Shown: positions 40,314-49,379 of the stretch, piece by piece
How positions within the stretch are numbered: the first letter of the stretch is position 1
Layout: each line of letters starts with the position of its first letter
Assembly (NCBI GenBank): GCA_965279035.1
Contig: OZ257142.1
Span: 1,408,001 to 1,472,000 of the forward strand
DNA: 64,000 bases
From: Bacteroidia bacterium
GTDB lineage: Bacteria; Bacteroidota; Bacteroidia; M30B66
Direction: 5' to 3'
The notes under the pieces: model-generated
The model's database searches: none
The model's input: only the letters and a program-made list of their open reading frames with translations
What the model was told of the DNA's origin: nothing
Made by a program: the position numbers and the translations under genes

Positions 40314-40844
40314 ATGAATTGGTTCGAAACCGTTTTTGATCTTTTAAAATACACCATTCCACTCGTTGTTGTTTTTGGATTTATCTATTTTATCCTCAAC
40401 AATTACCTCGAAGAAAATTTCAAACTCCGTTCTCTCGACCTCAAGCTCACCAACCAAAATGCGATCACACCCGTTCGCATGCAAGCTTATGAGCGCATTG
40501 TCGTTTACCTCGAACGCATCACACCCAGCAACATGATTATGCGCATTCACAAAACCGGAATGAGTTCCCGTTTGCTGCATACTGAGTTACTTAAAACCGT
40601 TCGTAGCGAATACGATCATAATATCGCACAACAGATTTACATGTCGAATGCTTCTTGGGATTTGGTGAAAAGTGCCAAAGAAGAAATGATCAAGATTATC
40701 AACGCAGCTGCCCATAAAGTAGGCGAAAATGCCGATGGAGTTGAGTTAGCCAAAGTGCTTCTCGATATCACCATGAGCGTTGAAAAGCTCCCTACTCAAA
40801 TTGCGTTAGAATACGTGAAAAAGGAGATTCGTCAGTCGTTCTAA
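40314..40844 (+). CDS. Conserved Bacteroidota membrane-anchored hypothetical protein
   Basis: N-terminal TM helix; P.RMQAYERI..YLERI.P and R.EYDHN.AQQIYMS..SW family pattern (recalled). Confidence 0.85.
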   Translation: MNWFETVFDLLKYTIPLVVVFGFIYFILNNYLEENFKLRSLDLKLTNQNAITPVRMQAYERIVVYLERITPSNMIMRIHKTGMSSRLLHTELLKTVRSEYDHNIAQQIYMSNASWDLVKSAKEEMIKIINAAAHKVGENADGVELAKVLLDITMSVEKLPTQIALEYVKKEIRQSF

Positions 40845-40862
40845 TAAACCAAACATCTAAGC

Positions 40863-40903
40863 AAATGCTGCATGAATAGATCACACTCTATTTATGCAGC
40901 ATT
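40863..40903 (+). terminator. Long hairpin / terminator
   Basis: AAATGCTGCATGAATAGA-TCACAC-TCTATTTATGCAGCATTT. Confidence 0.7.
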
Positions 40904-40910
40904 TTCGTTA

Positions 40911-41044
40911 GACCTCACCCTAAATCCCTCTCCTCGAGGAGAGGGACTTTGAATTTCGTTAGAAAATAAAAAGCAGTTTATTTCAGCTTACTAGAATGTT
41001 TCTCCCCTTTCTCCCGAGGTGAAAGGGGCTGGGGGATTGAGGTC
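40911..41044. mobile_element. Short non-autonomous REP/MITE-like element
   Basis: Terminal inverted GACCTCA/TGAGGTC; each half has a GC-rich hairpin (TCCCTCTCCTCGAGGAGAGGGA; CCCCTTTC..GAAAGGGG). Confidence 0.6.
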
Positions 41045-41050
41045 CACGGA

Positions 41051-41085
41051 TTATCGTTTATCGTTTATCGAATATCGTTCATCGA
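41051..41085 (+). repeat. Heptamer tandem repeat x5
   Basis: TTATCGT TTATCGT TTATCGA ATATCGT TCATCGA. Confidence 0.75.
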
Positions 41086-41140
41086 TTTTCATTTTGTAGC
41101 CGCATTTTTAAAATTACCTTTCGCGCTTCAATCCCAGAAT

Positions 41141-43249
41141 ATGAAACTGATTCGTATTGCCGGTCTACTTATGCTTGGACTTACATCTCTGCCTGAAGCT
41201 CAGGCGCAAATTACCTATCCTAAAACTCGGAAAACTGATGTTGTGGAAGACTATCACGGAACTAAGGTTGCAGATCCATATCGTTGGTTAGAAAACGATA
41301 CTTCTGCCGAAACCAAAGCTTGGGTGATAGCCGAAAACGAAGTGACAAATTCATATTTGTCTAAAATTCCGTATCGAAATAAAATTCGTGATCGGATTAA
41401 CGAATTGCTCAATTATCCGCGTTATACAGCCCCTAATAGTGTTGGTAGATTTTACATCTACAGCAAAAACGATGGGTTACAAAACCAAAGCGTTTACTAT
41501 CGTCAAGATGGTTTAACGGGCGAACCAACCGTTTTTCTAGATCCGAATACCTTAGCAAAAGACGGCACTGCCTCAGCAGGGTTTGCAGGTGTTTCTACCG
41601 ACAAAAAATACATTGCTTACACAGTTAGTCGTGCCGGTAGCGATTGGTCCGAAATGCGTATTCGTGAAGTAGCAACGGGGAACGATTTGCCCGATGTGAT
41701 TCAATACGTGAAATTTTCGGGAGCTGCTTTCGTAGGAAATGGTTTCTATTATTCGCGTTATCCATCACCCGAAAAAGGACAAGAACTTTCGGGACAAAAT
41801 AAATTCCACTCGATATATTATCACCAATTGGGCGATAAACAAGAGCGCGATCGTTTGATCTTTGTCGATAAAGCCAATCCATTACGCTATCATAGCGCTT
41901 ATGCAACGGAAGATGAGAATTTCTTGGTTTTATCGATTAGTGAAGGAACCGATGGAAATGAAACCTGGATTCGGAATTTGAAAGCTGGCGAAGAATCATT
42001 TCATCCACTTATTAGCGGATTCGACTTTGTTAGCAATGTGGTCGATAATGAAGGAGATAAATTGCTTGTTCACACAAATATCGATGCTCCGAATTACCGC
42101 TTGGTATTGATTGATCCTAAGAATCCGGCAAAATCCAATTGGAAAAACATCATTCCCGAAAGTGTGAATTTGTTGAAAGGTGTTTCAACCTGCGGTGGGA
42201 AATTGTTTGCAGAATATTTGAAAGATGTGAATTCTCAAGTGTTTCAATACGATCGTTCCGGTAAAATGGAACACGAAATTTCGCTCCCTGGAGTTGGTTC
42301 AGCAGGCGGATTTGGTGGTTATAAAGAAGAGACATTCTGCTTTTATACTTATACTTCATTTAATTATCCACCAACAATTTTCAAGTATGATATTGCTTCT
42401 GGAAAATCGACAGTTTTCCGTAAATCAGAAGTGAAATTCAATCCCGAAGATTACGAGGTAAAACAAGTGTTTGCTCCTAGTAAAGACGGTGCAAAAGTGC
42501 CCATGTTTATAGTGCACAAAAAAGGCTTGAAACTCGATGGACAAAATCCAACCTTGCTCTATGCTTACGGAGGATTTAACGTGAGTTTAGAGCCCGGATT
42601 TTCGGCTACACGTATTCCGTTTTTAGAAAATGGTGGTGTGTATGTGATGGCTAATTTACGTGGTGGTGGAGAGTATGGTGAAACCTGGCATCGTGCCGGT
42701 ATGATGGAGAAAAAGCAGAATGTATTTGACGATTTTATTGCTTGTGCCGAATGGTTGCAATCCAATAAATACACTTCAAAAGATAAACTCGCAATTCAAG
42801 GTGGTTCTAATGGAGGATTGTTGATTGGTGCAGTTATGACACAGCGTCCTGATTTATTTGCTGCATGTATTCCTCAAGTTGGTGTGATGGACATGTTACG
42901 CTTTCAGAAATTTACTGTTGGTTGGGGTTGGGTTGATGAATATGGTTCATCGGATGATGCTAAAATGTTTCCGGTTTTACTTGGATATTCACCACTTCAC
43001 AACATTAAAGAAGTAAGCTATCCAGCCACAATGGTTATGACTGCCGATCACGACGATCGAGTTGTACCGGCACATTCCTTCAAATTCATTGCTACCTTGC
43101 AAGAAAAAAACAAAGGTGCCAATCCAGTGCTCATTCGTATTGAAACCAATGCAGGACACGGTGCAGGTACAGCGCTCAGCAAATCGGTAGAACAAGCTGC
43201 TGATATTTATTCGTTTATCTTCTTCGCTACTCATTCAACTGTCAACTAA
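41141..43249 (+). CDS. Prolyl oligopeptidase (S9A), exported
   Basis: VADPYRWLE, NLRGGGEYG, GGSNGGLL (Ser), ADHDDRVVP (Asp), AGHGAG (His). Confidence 0.96.
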   Translation: MKLIRIAGLLMLGLTSLPEAQAQITYPKTRKTDVVEDYHGTKVADPYRWLENDTSAETKAWVIAENEVTNSYLSKIPYRNKIRDRINELLNYPRYTAPNSVGRFYIYSKNDGLQNQSVYYRQDGLTGEPTVFLDPNTLAKDGTASAGFAGVSTDKKYIAYTVSRAGSDWSEMRIREVATGNDLPDVIQYVKFSGAAFVGNGFYYSRYPSPEKGQELSGQNKFHSIYYHQLGDKQERDRLIFVDKANPLRYHSAYATEDENFLVLSISEGTDGNETWIRNLKAGEESFHPLISGFDFVSNVVDNEGDKLLVHTNIDAPNYRLVLIDPKNPAKSNWKNIIPESVNLLKGVSTCGGKLFAEYLKDVNSQVFQYDRSGKMEHEISLPGVGSAGGFGGYKEETFCFYTYTSFNYPPTIFKYDIASGKSTVFRKSEVKFNPEDYEVKQVFAPSKDGAKVPMFIVHKKGLKLDGQNPTLLYAYGGFNVSLEPGFSATRIPFLENGGVYVMANLRGGGEYGETWHRAGMMEKKQNVFDDFIACAEWLQSNKYTSKDKLAIQGGSNGGLLIGAVMTQRPDLFAACIPQVGVMDMLRFQKFTVGWGWVDEYGSSDDAKMFPVLLGYSPLHNIKEVSYPATMVMTADHDDRVVPAHSFKFIATLQEKNKGANPVLIRIETNAGHGAGTALSKSVEQAADIYSFIFFATHSTVN

Positions 43250-43251
43250 TT

Positions 43252-43743
43252 ATGCAAGAACCCGAAGAATTTCAAGAACTCACTGATACTGATTTTTTCA
43301 GTGTTGCCGAAGTATATCAACTCACCGAAATGGTGAATGAAACCTTGGCGCGAGTTACCTATCATTACTGGGTAAATAGGGCAAATGGGCAATTATTTGA
43401 AGTTCTTGATTGGATCACGTTTCACTTTGATAGTGGTAAAACTTTATCCATTACAGCTGGTCCCGAAACCGATGGAATCAAAGTAACTGAGCCAGATATT
43501 GAAGCGGAACGCAAACGTATCGAAGAAGAGTTTAAAGGGGTGGTTACGATTGAATCTCGAGATGTTTCTAAAACGAAATATTGGAAAGAAACGATTGGTA
43601 AATCCATTACTCCATCTTTTATTAAACACGAAGGAAAGGTGTTAAACGATAGCATTGTTTTAAAATTTGAAGATGCCGAACCAGTTGAAATTTTCCTTGG
43701 ATTAGAAGGATTGGAAGTAGATGATTTTGATGAAGAAGATTAA
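43252..43743 (+). CDS. Acidic hypothetical protein
   Basis: 163-aa ORF with 2-nt spacing to both neighbours. Confidence 0.75.
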   Translation: MQEPEEFQELTDTDFFSVAEVYQLTEMVNETLARVTYHYWVNRANGQLFEVLDWITFHFDSGKTLSITAGPETDGIKVTEPDIEAERKRIEEEFKGVVTIESRDVSKTKYWKETIGKSITPSFIKHEGKVLNDSIVLKFEDAEPVEIFLGLEGLEVDDFDEED

Positions 43744-43745
43744 TT

Positions 43746-44081
43746 ATGACAAAAACTCGTAGACAACCCGCTCCCAAACAAGTAAGAAATTCCGTTTTTG
43801 ATGGAGTTTGCTTAGCTAGTGCTTATATCATGCAGGAAGGCAAACCTGTTGGATTTATGTACCGAGAAGAACCAGAAGAGGACTTGGATTCAGGCTGGCG
43901 CTTTTTATCGGGCGATGAAGACGATGCTTATCTCGATAATGAGGACAATTATGGTGTTTACGACGTTGAAGCAGTGATGCTTATTGATCCTGCTATCAAA
44001 CAATATCTCAAACTCCCATTCGGTTCAGAATTAGAGCGGAAAGACGATCATTTCGTTCAATTACCACCCGAAGAAGAGTAA
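43746..44081 (+). CDS. DUF2185 (Imm33-like) domain protein
   Basis: VGFMYREEP...DSGWRFLSGDE.DAY...IDPAI..YL.LP.GS. Confidence 0.85.
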   Translation: MTKTRRQPAPKQVRNSVFDGVCLASAYIMQEGKPVGFMYREEPEEDLDSGWRFLSGDEDDAYLDNEDNYGVYDVEAVMLIDPAIKQYLKLPFGSELERKDDHFVQLPPEEE

Positions 44082-44101
44082 GTAAAACGTAATATGCAGT
44101 G

Positions 44102-44131
44102 AGGCAGGAACATTATTTTCCTGCCTTTTTT
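44102..44131 (+). terminator. Intrinsic terminator
   Basis: AGGCAGGAA...TTCCTGCCT followed by a T-run. Confidence 0.8.
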
Positions 44132-44175
44132 ATTCTAATGGATGTTGAAATAGTGCTTTTCCCTATCATTGTGCA

Positions 44176-44472
44176 ATGAATCAATACCTCGTCGACTTAG
44201 ATCTCCCAATCGAGATGACCGAAGAGTTCATTGCACTGATTCCAGAACAACGGCGACAGATCAATGAATTAATGTCGGGAGGAATTGTTTTATCCTATGC
44301 CTTATCGCAAGATCGCACCAAAGTTTGGGCAACGATTAATGCCGAATCGGAACTGGAAGTGCAAGAGATTTTAGAATCCATGCCACTCATCGACTATATG
44401 GAACCTACCATTTACGAATTGGCATTCTACAATGCAACTGGTAACGGCTTACCAGCTATTTCCTTGAATTAA
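44176..44472 (+). CDS. Muconolactone delta-isomerase-like protein
   Basis: LIPEQR..INELM..G..LSYALS.DR.KVW...A.SE.EV..IL..MPL..YM pattern. Confidence 0.75.
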   Translation: MNQYLVDLDLPIEMTEEFIALIPEQRRQINELMSGGIVLSYALSQDRTKVWATINAESELEVQEILESMPLIDYMEPTIYELAFYNATGNGLPAISLN

Positions 44473-44483
44473 ATCTACGTATC

Positions 44484-44628
44484 GCTGGCTTCGACAGGCT
44501 CAGCCAGCGGTTGGTACTATTCTGTTCTAGTCGAATTGTTGGCTGAGCTAGTCGAATTGTTGGCTGAGCTAGTCGAATTGTTGGCTGAGCTAGTCGAATT
44601 GTTGGCTGAGCTAGTCGAAGCCAACGTT
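44484..44628. repeat. REP-like block L (145 bp): hairpin, 4 x 21-bp tandem units, inverted hairpin
   Basis: GCTGGCTTCGACAGGCTCAGCCAGC, then (GTCGAATTGTTGGCTGAGCTA)x4 at 44530-44613, then GTCGAAGCCAAC. Confidence 0.92.
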
Positions 44629-44900
44629 GGCAGCAAAAATAACTCCTGTCTAATTAATGCTTCTTTTTTTTCTCGCCTCCATTTTTGTACTTGCTTTTCT
44701 CTGTAAAAAGCTTGGTCAATTCTTTCAAATTATTCAATATAAACAATTGAAACCGGTAAGCGATTTTGTGTGTGTTTTGCACCATTTCCAGTCTGGTGTT
44801 CTCGTAAACGTTTTTCAATATTTATAGTGCTTCCCGTGTAATAAGTGCCATCTGAACAAAGCAAAATATACATGAATCCTAAATTGATATTTCTTTTCAT
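44517..44900 (-). pseudogene. Small GIY-YIG nuclease (UPF0213/YazA-like) with one in-frame TAA at codon 57
   Basis: Hand translation: MKRNINLGFMYILLCSDGTYYTGSTINIEKRLREHQTGNGAKHTQNRLPVSIVYIE*FERIDQAFYREKQVQKWRREKKEALI...; TAA at 44730-44732; the frame ends with TAG at 44517-44519 inside block L. Confidence 0.88.
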
Positions 44901-45003
44901 AATTTGTTTAAATAATTTTATAATAACTTTATATACACTAAAATAAGAAAAATATTATTTGCTTGGATTATAGTGGGTTCATAATGTAAAAAATTTATCA
45001 AAG

Positions 45004-45127
45004 GCTGGCTTCGACAGGCTCAGCCAGCGGTTGGTGCTTTTCTGTTCTTGTCGAATTGTTGGCTGTTCTTGTCTAATTGTTGGCTGAGCTTGTCGAATTG
45101 TTGGCTGAGCTTGTCGAAGCCAACGTT
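45004..45127. repeat. REP-like block R (124 bp): direct repeat of block L with 3 units
   Basis: Same 5' hairpin and 3' end as block L; units at 45050, 45071 and 45092 with substitutions. Confidence 0.92.
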
Positions 45128-45157
45128 TATTTTCTCTATTTTTATTTAAAATGTAGT

Positions 45158-45748
45158 ATGAAATTCTTTCAATTCATATCGCTAATCACTTATGTTTTTA
45201 TAAGTATATTCACTTCTTGTAAGAAAGATGAAGTAGCAGAATCAGCTGTACATTGTGTGGATCACATTAATTATATAGGGAATTATTTATTAGATTATTC
45301 TTCAGATGATAGTTTAAACTATGCAGCTTATCCAAGTTTTAACCGTGAAAAAATATTTATCCCATCAGCCTTCACACCTAATAATGATAATATCAATGAT
45401 CATTTTATAGCAATAATTAATTTGAAAGAAAGTACAAGTAACTACCAGGCTATTTTAACTATTTATTACCAAGGATTATTTAAACATGGCGAATTTGCAA
45501 GTTTTAAAAATGATTACTTTTTTAATTGGGAGTTTCCAGATGAAGCTTATACCAAGAGATTATATGATGTGTATTTAGTTATCAGTCAAAACGGACAAGA
45601 ATTAAATAATTTTCATATGCAATGTTGGGCGTTGAAACCAGATCAAAATGGGTTCTTGCCTAAGTGGTCAAGCTGCTTAACGTATGATGATCAATTTGAA
45701 TTACGTTATGGTTTAATTTTTCCAACTCAAGAGAAATTCAAACCCTAA
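45158..45748 (+). CDS. Lipoprotein with an internal gliding-motility C-terminal (T9SS type B CTD-like) motif
   Basis: Start MKFFQF at 45158; lipobox FTSC-KKD; FIPSAFTPNNDNINDHF. Confidence 0.7.
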   Translation: MKFFQFISLITYVFISIFTSCKKDEVAESAVHCVDHINYIGNYLLDYSSDDSLNYAAYPSFNREKIFIPSAFTPNNDNINDHFIAIINLKESTSNYQAILTIYYQGLFKHGEFASFKNDYFFNWEFPDEAYTKRLYDVYLVISQNGQELNNFHMQCWALKPDQNGFLPKWSSCLTYDDQFELRYGLIFPTQEKFKP

Positions 45749-45806
45749 TTTGACAAATTAATTTAGGGCAATATTCAGGATTAATTCCACAGAAAAATAA
45801 TCGTTC

Positions 45807-46274
45807 TTAATTGTTTTCTTTTTCCAATTCTTTATCACGAAGATTCTTAACATAATCATGATCTTTCTTCAATAATGATAATTGAAGGCTTATGATTTTG
45901 CGTTGAGTAGGAGTTAATTCGTCTGATCGATCTAATAACACACTCCTGTATACTTTTAAAGCCACATCTTCCCCGTATTCACATGAATTTAAAATTGTTT
46001 TACGATCATTTTTCCCTAATGCAACTTTTACATCCATCCAAACTCGAAAAAATTTACCTGAGATTTTAGTTTCATTGGTTGGTGTGCCTTTTAAACGAAG
46101 TATCTCAATCGACAATTCATTTTTACAATTTTCGCTTGTATGAATCATTTTTTGAAAAAGCGCTGATAAATCACTTTCTTTCGTTTCTGATTCAGCTGTT
46201 TTGTATCCTTCCATTCGATCATTGTTTATTTCTACCAATGAATTTAAAACGGCAATTGATTTTTCAGTTTCCAT
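45807..46274 (-). CDS. PA2169/DUF2383 ferritin-like four-helix-bundle protein
   Basis: LNSLVEINNDR.EGY, GKFFRVWMDVK, ILNSCEYGED.A..Y. Confidence 0.88.
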   Translation of the reverse strand: METEKSIAVLNSLVEINNDRMEGYKTAESETKESDLSALFQKMIHTSENCKNELSIEILRLKGTPTNETKISGKFFRVWMDVKVALGKNDRKTILNSCEYGEDVALKVYRSVLLDRSDELTPTQRKIISLQLSLLKKDHDYVKNLRDKELEKENN

Positions 46275-46661
46275 AGATGTTTAGTTAGTATTATTTGATT
46301 GATTTGTTTTATTAGTTCAAAATTAGGTCTAGGAATTCGTATTCTTTAATTTTCCCTTGTTCCATCTTTGTGGATTAAATCCCTGTATTAATTTCATTGA
46401 TCCATAGTTAAAGTATGGATACTAGTCAAATTTGTTTGAATTATTCTCGAACAACCATCCTCATTCCTTGCTTCATTTGTATACCATCTGCTTGGCTCAA
46501 AAAAAAATGGTTGAATTGTTAGATTCAACGTGGTCTGGGCTTCGCCTTATTTCATTTATATTTTGACGGTAAATAGTAAAATGGGATAGAATTAGAAAAG
46601 AAAGTTGAATTGCTTCTGCGCGATTTTTATTAAACGGAAATTTATTTCCCCCCAAGGTATT

Positions 46662-46946
46662 TTAGAAAAAATTTAACCAGGAATTCCTCTCAATATTTCG
46701 TTGATTTTCATGCTCATTATTTAAGTCATTTAGCTCGTTTGGTTCCTGATATAACGTATTGGATGATAAAGAATGTGAAGCATTTTGTTGATCGTCTAAA
46801 GGAATTTTATTTTCAGGTTGAAGTACATTCATATAACTAGATTTCGATTTTTGAAATAGAATTATCTCCCTGTTTTTATTTTTTACTGCATAGTGCATGC
46901 TATGCAAATCATTGATTTCAGTTTGTTTTTTTTTCGCATGAATCAT
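46662..46946 (-). CDS. Hypothetical protein
   Basis: 94-aa ORF co-oriented with the cluster; no recognisable motif. Confidence 0.3.
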   Translation of the reverse strand: MIHAKKKQTEINDLHSMHYAVKNKNREIILFQKSKSSYMNVLQPENKIPLDDQQNASHSLSSNTLYQEPNELNDLNNEHENQRNIERNSWLNFF

Positions 46947-46970
46947 GATTTCTATTTTTAGAATTAAAAA

Positions 46971-49379
46971 TTAGTTTGTTACCTTTTTAATTTTCCGCTC
47001 TATAGAATTTCGGAAATCATTTAAACTGTGTTTTTCTTTGTGAAAAGCCGTATCACTCTCTTCTGCAAACGGTTTTTTTCGTAATACATTTTCTATAGAC
47101 AAACGTGCAAGTAAATAACTGATTGTTGATTCAGCACCTTGGTTTAGGTTAATGTTATTTTCTTCTAAACCATCATAACATCCTCCTGTACATGGGTTGT
47201 AAATGATTTGGTGAAGATGATTCTCTCCTAAAAACCAATTAAATGAGCTAATTAATTTTTCTCGATATGAATTATCATCTAAAAATTCATTGAATTTCTC
47301 TAATGCTAGAATTGTATATGCAACATCAATTGGTTGTTCTCCTCCAGCTGTTATATGAATTGTATCAGACTCTTTATGCATCCAGTTTTTATTGGATATT
47401 ACGTGGATTTTGCCATTCTTGAAAATTTTTGAAAGCAGAAAGTCGAAAGATTCACATGCAATTTTTTTGTAATCCTGATTGTGAGTGATTTTCCAAGCAC
47501 AAAGCAAAGCTTCGGGCAAAATACTATTCGCATAGGTTAAATAACTTTCAAACCAGAACCAATTATCATTTGATTCATGTTGATACATTTTAACCAATCG
47601 TTCTGAAAACAATGAAATCAATTCTACTTCATTTTCTGAATAATAAAATCTATTTCTAAAGTATAGTCCTTTTATTATAAATGCCATAGCACGCGTTGAA
47701 TGGATTCCATGAATGTGAGAAATTGCTTTTTTGAAAATCAATTCCGCTTTTTCTATAAGTTCTTCTGGAAATATTGCCTTAAGTGATGTAAAATAGCCCA
47801 ATGCCCATATTGCCCGTCCATTTGAATCAGCTAAGTTTGTTGAGAAATTTTGCGATGTAAATTCTTTGTATTGATCTACATAATTTAAAAAACGACCATT
47901 TTCTTTTTGACAAAACTCAATAAAATCTAAATAGATAGTAATTAGTTTTAAATCTTCTTCTTTTCCAAATAACTCGTATTTCTGACTTATTGCAATCAAT
48001 GCACGTGCATTGTCATCCAAGGTATAGCCTGTTAAAATATCAGGTTGATTTATTTCTGAAAATTGAATAATTCCGAAATCAGTTGTCATTTGTAAAATAT
48101 GACTCAAATTAATTTCTGGAATTGAATATTTTAGTTGAATTGCGTTTGGATCCATGTTTTCAATTAGTCTTGCGTGTTGTATTGCGGAATTTTCCCAAGC
48201 TGTTGGTGCCATTTTGTGAATCCCATTCAATATTATCTTTTTACGAAGTTCTTCATTCTCAATTATTTCATTGAGACATTTTGTTAAAGCTGCTGAATCT
48301 TCAAATCCAAATAGAATTCCTGTACCATCTTTTAATACTTCTACTGCATGTGGAATGGGCGTCGAAATAATAGGACAGCCACTACTTATTGCATAAGAAA
48401 ATGTTCCACTAACGGCTTGATTCGGATCTTTTGATGTAAATAAATAAATATCAGTTAATTGAAGAAAATCAAGCAATTCATTTAATGGCAAAAAGTAATT
48501 TATAAAGCGAACGTGATTTTCTAAATTCAATTCTATTACTAGATCTTCTAATGACTTTCTGTATTTCTCTCCTTCCTGTTTCAAAACAGTCGGATGTGTT
48601 TTTCCTAATATCAGAAATACACTATCCGGATGCTTTTTCACTACCTCTGGAAGTGCCTTCAAAGTGCTTTCAATGCATTTTCCACTACTTATTAATCCAA
48701 AAGTCGATAAGACTATTTTGCCACTTAAATTAGCTTTCAATTTTAAATTCTCTTTATCACGATATTCCACCAAATGAGTGCCGTGAGGTATTATTGTTAT
48801 TAAATTTGGTGAAACTCCATAATCTCTAATTAATATTTCTTGTGAGTATTTTGTCATTACAATGATCGAATCTACCAGATTTGCTATTTCTTGAACATGG
48901 ACTAAATGTTTAGAGTTTGGATTGGGTAGAACAGTGTGAAATACTATAATTACAGGTTTTTTTATGTTTTTTATCAAATCACAAAACTCATTTTCCTTGT
49001 TCTCAAATAGTCCAAATTCATGTTGAATTAGTACCATCGATAATCGCTCATTTTGATTGATTTCTCTTTTGATTTTCAAGTAATCTTCTGGCTGATCTGT
49101 ATTTAATATACTACCAACTCCATTTGGATATGTATGTTTTTCGTTTTTTGATTCAAGTGGACAAATGGTTAATTTAAATGAATCTCCAAATTTCTTTTTG
49201 AGAGCATTTATTAAATCAGTCGTATACGTAGCAATTCCACATTCTCTTGGAGGATATGTACTAATAAATAATACTTCAGGAATTTGATTTAAATAGTGAT
49301 GAACCGATATGCCGTTTCTTAAGCTAGATCTAAATTCATTCATACTACGTAGGGAAAGTTCATTTCTACTTATTTTCAT
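46971..49379 (-). CDS. GT4 glycosyltransferase fused to a C-terminal glycoside-hydrolase-like helical domain
   Basis: STYPPRECGIATYT, IQHEFGLF, IPHG, LGKTHP, QAVSGT.SYA; C-domain GYTLDDNARA, EQPID, GGCYDGL..NLNQGAEST. Confidence 0.9.
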   Translation of the reverse strand: MKISRNELSLRSMNEFRSSLRNGISVHHYLNQIPEVLFISTYPPRECGIATYTTDLINALKKKFGDSFKLTICPLESKNEKHTYPNGVGSILNTDQPEDYLKIKREINQNERLSMVLIQHEFGLFENKENEFCDLIKNIKKPVIIVFHTVLPNPNSKHLVHVQEIANLVDSIIVMTKYSQEILIRDYGVSPNLITIIPHGTHLVEYRDKENLKLKANLSGKIVLSTFGLISSGKCIESTLKALPEVVKKHPDSVFLILGKTHPTVLKQEGEKYRKSLEDLVIELNLENHVRFINYFLPLNELLDFLQLTDIYLFTSKDPNQAVSGTFSYAISSGCPIISTPIPHAVEVLKDGTGILFGFEDSAALTKCLNEIIENEELRKKIILNGIHKMAPTAWENSAIQHARLIENMDPNAIQLKYSIPEINLSHILQMTTDFGIIQFSEINQPDILTGYTLDDNARALIAISQKYELFGKEEDLKLITIYLDFIEFCQKENGRFLNYVDQYKEFTSQNFSTNLADSNGRAIWALGYFTSLKAIFPEELIEKAELIFKKAISHIHGIHSTRAMAFIIKGLYFRNRFYYSENEVELISLFSERLVKMYQHESNDNWFWFESYLTYANSILPEALLCAWKITHNQDYKKIACESFDFLLSKIFKNGKIHVISNKNWMHKESDTIHITAGGEQPIDVAYTILALEKFNEFLDDNSYREKLISSFNWFLGENHLHQIIYNPCTGGCYDGLEENNINLNQGAESTISYLLARLSIENVLRKKPFAEESDTAFHKEKHSLNDFRNSIERKIKKVTN

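Noticed and set aside
43746-44081. Toxin-immunity locus around the DUF2185/Imm33-like gene
   Set aside because: No adjacent toxin or secretion gene; it sits in a housekeeping-like run behind prolyl oligopeptidase.
44730-44732. Stop-codon reassignment or programmed readthrough of TAA
   Set aside because: TAA terminates many intact genes in this window; a point mutation or sequence error is simpler.
44530-45112. 21-bp repeats as a CRISPR array
   Set aside because: Units are head-to-tail with no unique spacers, are shorter than typical CRISPR repeats, and no cas genes are present.
45077-45157. N-terminal extension MLAELVELLAELVEAN of the 45077 ORF
   Set aside because: It is a translation of the repeat block; the lipoprotein signal begins at ATG 45158.
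46275-46661. Possible gene remnant or ncRNA in the island spacer
   Set aside because: Only short broken frames with no recognisable family and no convincing structure.
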